This document shows, piece by piece, positions 1-11,155 of a stretch of DNA of 64,000 nt. The stretch is from contig NC_086097.1 of assembly GCF_963921235.1 (NCBI RefSeq), forward strand, positions 65,598,001 through 65,662,000, written 5' to 3'. This DNA is from Mobula hypostoma (taxonomy: Eukaryota). Both the position numbers and the translations under genes were made by a program. The notes below the pieces were generated by a model. That model was not told the DNA's origin. It ran no database searches and saw only the letters and a list, made by a program, of their open reading frames with translations. Positions within the stretch are counted from its first letter, which is position 1. Every line of letters starts with the position of its first letter.

Positions 1-420
1 GTTACTGTTCTATAGAATTGCTAAGTATGCCTGCAGAAAAAGAATCTCAGGGTTGTATGTGGTGACATGTATGTACTCTGATAATAAATTTAATTTTGAA
101 CTTTAAAAAGTCATGGACCTGAAACATTAATCATGTTCCTTCCTTCATAAGTGTTATCTAATCTATTATCTCCAGGATCTCCTGTTTGTATTTCAGATAT
201 CCAGCATATGTAGATTTTTGCTTTTCAAACAATAGATGCTGAGGGAAGTGGATAGTGGTGTTCTTCATGGAGTTTGTATGAGATTTATTTTTTTCCAGTA
301 TACGTTATTGACCTAATTGTACAGAGAGCAATTTCAAGATTTACAGTTTATACAAAAGTTTATACATGGTGAGCAGCAACAGAGAAGGAGGCTTAGGCAG
401 GAAGAATGGACGGACAAGAT

Positions 421-645
421 AATAGAACACAGAACAGTACAGAACAGGAAGAGGTCATTCAGGAACAGGAAGAGGTTATGCTGAACTAATTAAAATAGTA
501 ATTAAATGCCTACTAAACTAAACCCTTCCCACCCACCCCCCATTATTTAAATACATGCCCTCAATTATTAGACATTGCAACCCTGGTGAAAAGATATCAT
601 ATCGGCTGTTTACTCTGTATATCCCCTTCAAAATCTTAAAACTCT
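421..645 (-). mobile_element. Degenerate CR1 LINE 3' end
   Basis: Starts with the reverse complement of a CR1-type tail (aatagaacacagaacagtacagaacagg) and resembles the CR1 3' end at 42690-43300. Confidence 0.55.
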
Positions 646-649
646 TATA

Positions 650-751
650 TGATTTTGACCCCTATTAGGCAGGGGTACACTTTAGTGTAGTCTGGGGTGA
701 CGTACGTTTTTATGGAACACTCTGCCATGGCACGTGCGCACTGTCTGTCTG

Positions 752-786
<35 letters not shown>

Positions 787-934
787 TAAGAGAATGAGAT
801 GTATCGCACTCTCTCGCGCATGCTCACTCTCAAAAAATCAATTTCCGGGATATTGTATCTAATTTGTGGGTGTCAGGGAGCCACTATCAATATGCAGGAG
901 ACTCCTGGAACTTCCGGGAGACGTGGGATGTCTG
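650..934. mobile_element. Non-autonomous DNA transposon fragment with an internal (TCTG)n/(TC)n microsatellite (~742-785)
   Basis: CpG-rich stretch ending ...ggaacttccgggagacgtgggatgtctg, a MITE-like terminus with subterminal ccggga repeats. No matching left terminus seen. Confidence 0.4.
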
Positions 935-2551
935 CAGTTGGATGCTTTGATCAGTAGGGAAGAATGTCATTCTGGCAACTGATGATAGAAGAGAGAGAAG
1001 GAAGTCAAGAAACCAGCCAGAAGTCAGATGCTATAGTGGGTGGGAAGGAGATGGTGGTGAAGACAGAGACAGCATGAGGACTGACATTCTGACAGTGGAG
1101 CTGGGGTTGCAAAATGGGCAATACATTCAGAAGGGGGAATTTGCATACTGCCTATACAAATTGTGGGGGGGCGGGGGTGGAGAGAAGTGAGCATAGAATG
1201 GGGAGGGGCAGATTCAGGTGCAGTACCAGGGGTGTTGGTTGAAGGATGTAAGTAAATATACTAAATATTTTGCTGCCCTTACAGGTCAGCTGTGCGGCAC
1301 TGAGGCACACTGTTTCTAGAATAAGACCACATTGTCCCAAAGTGCCTATCATTGGTGCCCTCTGAATAAAATGGTTAATTCTCCTCCAGAATGCTCCAGA
1401 AAAAAAAAATTGCAGGGCATGATATCAATCTGCACAGTCCAAATGAAGAAATCCTGTTGTTATTTATTCCAGGAACTTCCTAGTTTTATTTTCTGAATGA
1501 TAGAAAAGGACTCAGAAGTGGTCATTTTATTTAGTTCATGGGAAAAAATATAATGTTGAATTGCATAATGCTAAAAAAAAATCTTTGGATCATGTGATGC
1601 AAGAAATATGCCAGCTAAGAGCAATGATGTATTTTATTCAGTAAAAATTGATTGGATTCTTAATCATGACATACAGCATCAACTAACATTTAATAAATAG
1701 ATAACTAATTATTTGCAATGAGTGCATCTGCCAACGTATATAAATTTTAGTAAAGTATCAGTCCTCACTGAGGGTAAGTATAGGAAAGAGAGAGCAGCTT
1801 CAAGTTCCTGGGCATCAACCTCTCAAAGTATGTATCGTAGGCCCAACACATTGATGCAATCATGAAGAAGGCATGACGGCAACTGTACTTCATTAGGAGT
1901 TTAAGGAGATTTGGAATGCCACCAATGAACTTCGCAAATTTCTACAGATGTACAGTGGAAAGCATTTTGACTGGTTGCATCACTGCCTGTATTTGAGATT
2001 CCTTTGACTCAGCTAGCTCCATCATGGGCACAACCCTCCTCACTATCAAGAACATCTTCAAGAGGCGGTGCCTCAAGAAGGCAGCATCCATATTTAAGGA
2101 TCCTCACCATCCAGGACCTGCGTTCTTTTCTTTACTGCCACTGATGAAGAGGTACAGGAGCCTGAAGACACATACTCAATGTTTTCAGCAGTTCCTTCTT
2201 CTCCACCATCAGATCTCTGAATGGTCCATGAACACTACCCCCTCTTTTGCACCATTTATCAATCAACCTAGCTAGCTATTTGTATGTTAGCCTCCGGGCC
2301 CAACATATTATTCTCCATAACTTCTGCCACCTCCAACGGGATCCCACCACCAAGCACATCTTTCCCTCCCCTCCCCCTCTGCTTTCCGCAGGGATCACTC
2401 CCTACGCGACTCCCTTGTCCATTCGTTCCCCCCCCCATCCCTCCCCACTAATCTCCCTCCTGGCACTTATCCTTGTAAATGGAACAAGTGCTACACATGC
2501 CCTGACACTTCCTCCCTTACCATCATTCAGGGCCCCAGACAGTCCTTCCAG

Positions 2552-2878
2552 GTGAAGCGACACTTCACCTGTGAGTCGGCTGGGGTGATATACTGCGTCC
2601 GGTGCTCCCGATGTGGCTTTCTATATATTGGCGAGACCCGACGCAGACTGGGAGATCGTTTTGCTGAACACTTACGCTCTGTCCGCCAGAGAAAGCAGGA
2701 TCTCCCAGTGGCCACACATTTTAATTCCACATCCCATTCCCATTCTGATATGTCTATCCATGGCCTCCTCTACTGTAAAGATGAAGCCACACTCAGGTTG
2801 GAGGAACGACACCTTATATTCCATCTGGGTAGCCTCCAACCTGATGGCATGAACGTTGACTTCTCTAACTTCTGCTAA
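2552..2878 (+). CDS. Penelope GIY-YIG endonuclease domain (uninterrupted fragment of a truncated TE ORF)
   Basis: GIY-YIG motifs with the PLE-specific CxxC between them and conserved His residues. Confidence 0.8.
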   Translation: MKRHFTCESAGVIYCVRCSRCGFLYIGETRRRLGDRFAEHLRSVRQRKQDLPVATHFNSTSHSHSDMSIHGLLYCKDEATLRLEERHLIFHLGSLQPDGMNVDFSNFC

Positions 2879-3176
2879 TGCGCTACCTCCCCCTCGTACC
2901 CTATCCATTATTTATTTATATACACACATTCTTTCTCTCTCTCTCCTTTTTCTCCCTCTGTCCCTCTGACTATACCCCTTGCCCATCCTCTGGGTTTCCC
3001 CCCGCTCCCCCTTTTCCTTCTCCCTGGGCTTCCTGTCCCATGATCCTCTCATATCCCTTTTGCCAATCACCTGTCCAGCTCTTGGCTCCATCCCTCCCCC
3101 TCTATCTTCTCCTATCATTTTGGATCTCCCCCTCCCCCTCCCACTTTCAAATCTCTTACTAGCTCTTCCTTCAATT

Positions 3177-3212
3177 AGTCCTGACGAAGGGTCTCGGCCC
3201 GAAACATTGACT
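3177..3212 (+). ncRNA. Minimal type I hammerhead ribozyme motif in the Penelope pLTR (variant GAAACATT)
   Basis: agtc-CTGACGA-A-gggt ctcg gccc-GAAAC-ATT-gact gives stem I, the core boxes and stem II. Confidence 0.65.
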
Positions 3213-3902
3213 GTACCTCTTCCTAGAGATGCTGCCTGGCCTGCTGCGTTCACCAGCAACTTTGATGTGTGTTATTTGTATGTTTACTTGTTTATTGTAA
3301 CATAGTAATTTTTATCTGTTGCAGTGTACTGCTTCCACAAAACAAAAAAATTCATGACTTACAGTATGTCAGAAATCACAAACTTGATTTGGATCAGCAA
3401 CAAATGGAACAAAAGGTATACAAACAATCTGTTCTGACAGAGACCGAAGACAGAACAGAATGGGCAGTGTAGAAACAGAATATGCAGGAGTCTGACAGCC
3501 AGTGGCTATGATTTTCCAAATGCTATTTGTAAGATATTGTTCATCCAGGAGTTTTGACAATCATACTGCCACATGAACAGTTGAGAGAAATGTTGATAAG
3601 GTCAACTTTGCATCAACATATGCATGGAATCTGACATTACAAAGCAGAATATAGAAATTCAATAGAATAAGGTCAAGAGCAGATCTGGGGGATTTTAGGT
3701 ATCAGTAAGTTATAGCAGATAGGGAATCGATTAAAGTTGGTTCACTGGTTGCAAATGCATGTAATTGTGAATAACTGAGCACATTCTGCACCAATCAGCT
3801 AAACAATACTGCAGATGGAGAAGAATAGTGAAACCAATAGTGCTGAAGAATACAGAAAGACTAAGACAGGCAAAGAGTATCAAGGTTCAGAGGTTTACTT
3901 TC

Positions 3903-4405
3903 ATCAGAATCAGAATCAGGCTTAATATCACTGGCATATGTTGTGAAATTTGTTAACATAGTGGCAGCAGTACATTGCAATACATGACAAAGCAAAAAAA
4001 ATCAGTAAAACAATTACAGTACATATATATACTGCATGCATATTAAATAGTTAAATTTAAAATATTGTAAAAACACAAATTTTTTTTTAAATAGTGAGGT
4101 AGTGTTCATGGGTTCAATGTCCATTTAGGAATCAGATGACAGAGGAGAAGAAGCTGTTTCTGAATTGCTGAGCATGTCCCTTCAGGCTTCTCTACCTCCT
4201 TTCTGATGTTAACAATGAGAAGAGGGCATGTCCTGGGTGGTAGGGGTCCTTAATGATGGATGCCACCTTTCTGAGGTACCACTCTTTGAAGATGTCGTGG
4301 ATGCTACGGAGGCTAGTACCCAGGATGGAGCTGATTAATTTTGATCCTATGCAGCAGCCCCGCCCCCCATACCAGACAGTGATGCAGCCAGTCAGAATGC
4401 TCTTC
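3903..4405 (-). mobile_element. Rex1/Babar 3' fragment
   Basis: (atcaga)n reverse tail, and 'ASIIKDPYHPGHALFSLL' on the minus strand. Confidence 0.8.
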
Positions 4406-4540
4406 ATCATAACGTTTGTCATTTGTTTACCATAAGGAGACATAGAGACAGCTAAAGATTAACATATATTTGAGAGGTGACAGTACAGAAAATGAATCTC
4501 AGGATTGTACACAGTGACATATACCCTGTATGTACTTCTG

Positions 4541-4846
4541 TGTTGGTGTGTGGCCAAGTGGTTAAGGCGTTCGTCTAGTGATTTGAAGGTCACTAGTTCA
4601 CGCCCTGGCTGAGGCAGCGTGTGTGTCCTTGAGCAAGGCACTTAACCACACATTGCTCTGCGACGACACTGGTGCCAAGCTGTATGGGTCCTAATGCCCT
4701 TCCATTGGACAACATCGGTGGCGTGGACTGGGGAGACTTGCAGCATGGGCACTGCTGGTCTTCCATACAACCTTGCCCAGGCCTGCGCCCTGGAAACCTT
4801 CCAAGGCGCAAATCCATGGTCTCATGAGACTAACGGATGCCTATTA
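4541..4846 (+). mobile_element. tRNA-derived SINE with a CORE-like body
   Basis: A box tggccaagtgg (4551), B-box-like agttcacgcc, CORE-like gtgtccttgagcaaggcacttaac. Inserted in a Rex tail. Confidence 0.8.
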
Positions 4847-5689
4847 ATTACTTTGAAATAAATTTGCTTTGAACTTTGAAGCAGTCTACAAGAAAAGTCA
4901 AACACGAGTTCATGCTAGTAGATTTGAAAGGAAACAAAATAGTACCTAAAATGTATCTATTTACAATAATAAAATCAGAAAATGCTAAAATTATTCAGAG
5001 TACTGCCCCAAGGAATATTTCATTATTCAGAAATGAGGTGACACATATCCAACAACTGCAACAACCTTCCTTTGTGTAAAGTTTGATCCCACTCAATGGT
5101 GAGCTTTTCCCCTTGATTCTTATTAATTTCAATCGATCAGTTCTTCTTGATCCACACCTTGTCAAATGGCACCTTGAGGTCAAGAGCTGTCACTTTCACT
5201 TTAGCTCTGGAATTCAGCTCTTTAGTTCATACTTCTAGCCCAGTGTGGGCAAAGTGAAAGCAAGTGCCTATGAGCATTTGGGGCCCAACTTTTTAGCACT
5301 TAGTGCACATGAGAAGAATGTATCTCCTTGCTCTTGTTGTTGCAGTAGAGGCAGGGGTAAAGATCTCAAAGAAATTAATAGGATTTCTGCAACTCGATTT
5401 GTTCCTTCTAACATCAATGGTTTTGGTAAACTGTGACTTCTGAATGTTCAAAATATTTGCACGTGTTCCATGACATTTCTTACCCTGAATGTGAAAGGGT
5501 CTCAACTTTCTGGGACATGCATGCAATATAGAAATTACAAATTCATTACCTTTGTGCCTTTGAATTTACATTTACTGTCTATTTCTATTGCACCTATTTG
5601 TTGCACAGTGTGGTAGTTGTCAGGCTGGCTGTTCTTTTCCCAGTTAATGTCATTAACAATTTATGGAATGCCTATTAGTATAATTACCA

Positions 5690-7485
5690 GAAGCCAGGGA
5701 TGAACCAGGAGATTTGCAGTCTGCTGAGGGCCAGACTGGTAGCGTTCAAGACCAGTGATCCAGAACTCTACAAAAAAATCCACATATGATCCATCAAAGG
5801 CTATCTTAAGAGCTATAAAGCATTTCCGAGTAAAGTTAGGGATGGACTTGGATGTACATCAGCTATGGCTGGGGTTGCAGGCCATTACTTCCAACAAGGT
5901 AAAATCAAAAGTCCTAAATGTCTGTGATGCTTCATTCCCTGATGTGCTGAACACCTTTTATGCATTGTTTGAAAGACAGAATTGAACTATACCTCTGGAA
6001 ATCCTTGCAGCATCTGGTGCCCCTGTGATATCTGTCTCCGAGGCCAATGTCAGAACATCTTTCAAGAGGGTGAATCCTCCCAAGATGTCAGGCCCCAATG
6101 GTGTATGTGGCAGGGCACTGATAACCTGTGCCTATCGACTGGATGGAAAGTTCAAGGCCATCTTTAATCTCTCACTGCTGCAGTCAGAGGTTCCACCTGC
6201 TTCAAGAGGGCAACAATCATACCAGTGCCCAAGAAGAGCAGGGTGAGCTGCCTCAACATCTGCTGCCTAGTAGTACTCACATCTGCTGTGTTGAAGTGTT
6301 TTGAGAGGTAGGTCATGGCTAGAATTAAATCCTGCCTGAGCAAAGACTTGGACCTGCTGCAATTTGTCTATTGCTACAATAGGATGCAATTTCACTGGTT
6401 CTCCACTAGTCTTGAAATATCAGGACAACAGCAATACCCACACCAAACTGTTGTTTATTGATTATAGCTCACATTTAATGCCATCATCCCCTCAGTATGA
6501 TTCAACAACTTTCAAGTCCTCGGCCTTTATAAACCCCTCTGCAACTGGATCCTTGAATTCAGGAGACTACAGTCACTGCAGATCAGATATAACATATCCT
6601 CCTCACTGACAATCAAAACAGGTGCACCTCATGGATGTATGCTTAGCCTGCTGCTCTACTCTCTCTACACTCATGACTGTATGGCTAAGCATAACTCAAA
6701 CACCATCTATATATTTGCCAATGACATAACTGCTGTTGGCAAAATCTCAGAGGCTGACGTGGAGGCATACAATAGTAAGATAGACAGAGGTTGGGTGGTG
6801 TCACAACAACAGTATTTTACTCAAAGAGAGTAAGACCAAAGAATTAATTGTGGACTTCAGGAACGGGATGTTGGGAGAACACCCATCCTCATCATGTATT
6901 AAGCAGTGGAAAGGTAAGTAGTTTCAAGTTCCTGGTTGTCAACATCTCTGAGGATCTATCCTGAGCAAAGCATATTGATGCATTATAAAGAAGGCAAGCC
7001 AGTGACTCTATTTCATTAGGAGCTTGAGGAGATTTGATATGTCACCAAAGATTGTAACAAATTTCTGACTGTTTGCTTCACTGTCTGGTATGGAGGTGCC
7101 AATGTACAGGATCAGAAAAAGCTGCAGAGGATTGTAAACTCCATCACGGGCACTAGCTTCCCTACCATCGAGGACAGCTTTAAAAGACACTGTCTCAAGA
7201 AGGCAGCATCTATCATTAAGGATCCTCAGCATCTGGGACATGCCCTCTTCTTATTAGTACCACCAGGGAAGAGGTATAGGAACCTGCGACAAACATCCAA
7301 CATTTTAGGAATTGCTTCTTCCCCTCTGCCATCAAATTTCTGAAAGGTCCATTAACCCATGAACACTACCCACTACTTGGCTCCCTTTTGGAAACTTACT
7401 GTTTTTTCAAATTGTTTTTTTTGCATTGCACTGTACTGCTGCCATAAAACAACAAATTTCACAACTTATGTTAGTGATAACAACC
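5690..7485 (+). mobile_element. Degenerate Rex1/Babar LINE (RT region and tail)
   Basis: Fragments 'LLFIDYSS', '[10 protein letters not shown]...IFAND', with many stops and frameshifts. Confidence 0.85.
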
Positions 7486-7499
7486 CTGGCACCTCATCT

Positions 7500-9000
7500 G
7501 CACCTACTCCTCAGCGCCTTAAACCAGTGTCCTCTTGTGGCAAACATTTCAGTCCTGGGAAAAAACCTCTGACTGTCCACACAATCAATGCCTCTCATCA
7601 TCTTATACACCTCTATCAGGTCACCTCTCATCCTCCGTCGCTCCAAGGAGAAAAAGCCGAGTTCACTCAACCTGCTTTCATAAGGCCTGCTCCCCAATCC
7701 AGGCAACATCTTGTAAAAATTTCTTCTACATATTGTGTCAAGAAACCTTCCTGAACACACCGAACAAATTCCACCCCATCTAAACCCCTTGCTCTAGGGA
7801 GATGCCAGTCGATATTTGGGAAATTAAAATCTCCCACCACGACAACTCTGTTATTATTACACCTTTCCAGAATCTGTCTCCCTATCTGCTCCTCGATATC
7901 CTTGTTCCTATTGGGCGGACTATAAAAAACACCCGGTAGAGTTATTGACCCCTTCCTGTTCCTAACCTCCACCCACAGAGAGTCCGTAGACAATCCCTCC
8001 ATGACGTCCACCTTTTCTGCAGCTGTGACACTATCTCTGATCAACAGTGCCACGCCCCCACCTCTTTTGCCTCCCTCCCTGTCCTTTCTGAAACATCTAA
8101 AACCCGGCACTTGAAGTAACCATTCCTGTCCATGAGCCATCCAAACCTCTGTAATGGCCACCACATCATAGCTCCAAGTACTGATCCACGCTCTAAGCTC
8201 ATCTGCTTTGTTCGCAATACTCCTTGCGTTAAAATAGACACATCTCAAACGGTCGGTCTGAGCGCGTCCCTTCTCTATCACCTGCCTATCCTCCCTCATA
8301 CACTGTCTCCAAGCTTTCTCTATTTGTGAGCCAACCGCCTCTTCCCCAGTCTCTTCAGTTTTGTTCCCACCCCCCAGCAATTCCAGCTTAAACTCTCTCC
8401 AGCAGCCTTAGCAAACCTCCCTGCCAGGATATTGGTCCCCCTGGGATTCAAGTACAACCTGTCCTTTTTGTACAGGTCACACCTGCCCCAAAAGAAGTCC
8501 CAATGATCCAGAAATCTGAATTCCTGCCCCCTGCTCCAATCCCTCAGCCACACATTTATCCTCCACCTCATTCTATTCCTATACTCACTGTCACGTGGCA
8601 CAGGCAGTAATCCCGGGATTACTACCTTTGCGGTTCTGTTTCTCAACTTCCTTCCTAACTCCCTGTAGTCTGTTTTCAGGACCTCTTTCCTTTTCCTACC
8701 TATGTCATTGGTACCAATATGTACCATAACCTCTGGCTGTTCTCCCTCCCACTGCAGGATATCTTGGACGCGATCTGAAGCCTCCCGGATCCTGGCACCT
8801 GGGAGGCAAAGTACCATCTAAGTTTTTTTCCTGCGTCCACAGAATCACCTGTCTGACCCCCTGACTATAGAGTCCCCTATCACTACTGCCTTTCTCTTCC
8901 TTTCCCTACTCTTCTGAGCCATAGGGCCGGACTCTGCGCCAGAGGCATGGCCACTGTTGCTTCCCCCGTGTAGGCTGTCCCCTCCAACAGTACTCAAACA
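7500..9000 (-). mobile_element. CR1 LINE: ORF1 SGNH esterase and ORF2 endonuclease N-terminus, joined at ~7727 to a CR1 3' segment
   Basis: ORF 8320-8817 has CLPGA..VHIGTND..D.LYLN. ORF 7667-8380 has YFNARSI..VAITEVW..GDFNFP. ORF 7494-7760 has LERRRMRGDLIEVYK. Confidence 0.9.
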
Positions 9001-11155
9001 GTTTGGCCCTCTTTGCCAAACTTGAACAAGGTAATCATTTCTTGGAATGTGAATTTCAATAATTCTTCCTCCCTCTTATTGTAATTAATCACATGATCAT
9101 TGCTGCTCAAACTTGAGGAATCTTGAGTTCAAGTATGTTATAATTTCAGGGAACAAGCTTAAACTTATCAAATGTCTTCCTTTTTCTCAAAGCTCAATGG
9201 AATGGTTTGCAAAAAGAAATACATAGTACCCAAAAATTTTAGTCTTTCCTTAGTGATTGCAGTCCCTTTGGTCGGAAAGTTATATGATTACTCTATAGGG
9301 AACTCAGTTCTTCCCAGAACAGACTTTCACAGAATTAGAGTTCTGATCGAAACTACCTTCGGCAATTCCATAAACATGGAAGGATTTGGATATCAACCCC
9401 ACCGTCATAAAGACATATACTGTAATTTGGAGCTCATATATAGTAATCCTGTATCAGTTTTCTGATTGAACATAAACTTCCGTAAATACTTCAGATTAGA
9501 GATAGTAAATGTTATTTTTCTTAATTTTTAATTAACAGCATATAAAGTTAAGTTAAATATATTTTAATCATTTTGTTAAATATTGTTCAATTTTCCTACT
9601 AAATATATTTCCATTTTTATAAAAATTTCTGAATTAGGGAATCACTCAGGAACAATTAACCTCGCCTTTGACAGCACAGATTGTCTAAAAGCAACCCAGG
9701 CAGTAGTGGTTTCAGGACACACACCATGAGGCCCTGATCCCAGCTGGGGATTACTCTGCTTCATGGAGCAACTGCTGCAGCAGCAGTAAAGCCTCAATAC
9801 TGACTGGAACTGTGCAACAATACAAGGTAGGTGTGGCCATGGAAGTAGCAAGGAGAGCAAACTTAAGGTAAGGCCAAGATCAAGCATGATCTCAGTCTAA
9901 AATATACTTACAAATGCAAATAATGTATCAATTAAAGTGACTGTATGAAAAATTAATTTTTAAATTATTTTAACATAAGGTTGGTTATACTTGGTTTGCA
10001 GGATTTTATCTACTGTTCCTCTGAAAAGAAATGATTATTGTCTCAATTATTTCAACCAACATTCTTCTGGTTAATTTTGGCCCACTAAAAGAAAAACATG
10101 CTAAGTGAGTAACTTAAATCTGTTCTTTAAAAAAACAACTGCAAAATTTAATTACAGAAAAGTGCACAGCTGTGAACCTACAGAAAAGCTGGGAAACTTT
10201 GCAGAATTTTTTTTCCGCATTATGCAATTGTTATAAACTGCAAAACAGAAGTGGAATACAAAACCTAATTTCAGATTTTTCATGATTTAAAACAAAGTAT
10301 CATTTCAGAAGGAATAATATACATTTTACTGAGATTATTATTAATTGTCAATAGTCAATGTTTCATAAAAGAGACTGCAATTGATTTCATTTTATTTTAA
10401 TAGCTATACAATGGAAATACAGTAAATGCAGGAACCATTGTTGTCCAACCTGTACATGAGAATAAGGATAAATAATGTTTAAGAGTGGAAGTTTTATCCT
10501 TTTTGTATAAATCAGTTTAAATTATGACCCAATAATTAAATACCTGAATCTAAGTATTGGGCAAAGTGATCACATAATTTATTGCATCATAAAATTGAAC
10601 CTGTGGTTACGCAAGTTTTGATCCTGTTAAACTGCATATTACTTCACAAATTCTACAAATGCTTGTGACAGTTTAGTTTTTAAATAATCAAAATTATGCA
10701 TATTATTAATGATCCAAAAAATTGTGACCGAACTAAAGAATGCTTTTGAAAATGTAACAAAGAAAATTAATTTATTTGAAAAAATAAAAAGGCAAAAATA
10801 ATAGATTTTTCACAGAAATAAGAAATAAAGCAATTTTAATTTGTTTAAAATGATGTACCTTTTCTTACAGAGAACTACAATTTTACAACAGTTATTTATA
10901 TCTCAACAATGAATTTGTTTTGTATTTTCATAAAAATATTCAAAGGTTCATTTGTTTATACTTATCTTGTAGGTTAAGTTGTGATTTTTTTTGGTGATAT
11001 AACTTTAAAATACTGTTCTTGATCATTTTATAAAATGTCAGGATATCCAATTATATATAAGGTCTCAAGTAAAGAGTTAATTTTCAAGATAGCGCTAGTG
11101 ATCATTGATGATGTTCTGTGGGTGGCAGACAATAGTTCTAAATATTCTTTTAAAT

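Larger units (their letters stand above)
2289..3272 (+). mobile_element. 5'-truncated Penelope-like element (Neptune-type) with GIY-YIG endonuclease and pLTR
   Basis: ORF 2552-2878 has VIYCVRCSRCGFLYIGET-RL-DRF-EH...HF...H and an upstream C-x4-C-x-TC linker. 12-bp TSD tatttgtatgtt at 2277-2288 and 3273-3284. Confidence 0.92.
1770..3392 (+). mobile_element. 5'-truncated Rex1/Babar LINE whose 3' tail is split by a Penelope insertion
   Basis: Encodes SFKFLGIN and 'CLKKAASIFKDPHHPG...YRSLKTHT' (ORF 2024-2275). The tail resumes after 3284. Confidence 0.8.

Noticed and set aside
2878..3305. Pro/Ser-rich ORFs repeated at 53.7 kb and 57.9 kb
   Set aside because: Spurious frames across the pyrimidine-rich Penelope pLTR.
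4545..4615. tRNA gene
   Set aside because: It is a SINE head: it continues into a CORE-like body and has no complete cloverleaf. The same applies to 56490-56566.
5090..5360. Possible unique exon
   Set aside because: The minus strand reads like decayed LINE RT (ELNSRAKVKVTALDLKVPFDKVW).
7667..8380. 237-aa ORF as a host gene
   Set aside because: It is the CR1 endonuclease N-terminus read across a deletion junction.
8320..8817. SGNH/GDSL esterase as a captured or host enzyme
   Set aside because: This is the standard ORF1 domain of CR1 LINEs, also present at ~39.6-40.0 kb and 58.6-59.2 kb.
9172..9465. 97-aa ORF
   Set aside because: No recognisable domain or splice context. It probably overlaps a decayed CR1 endonuclease on the minus strand.
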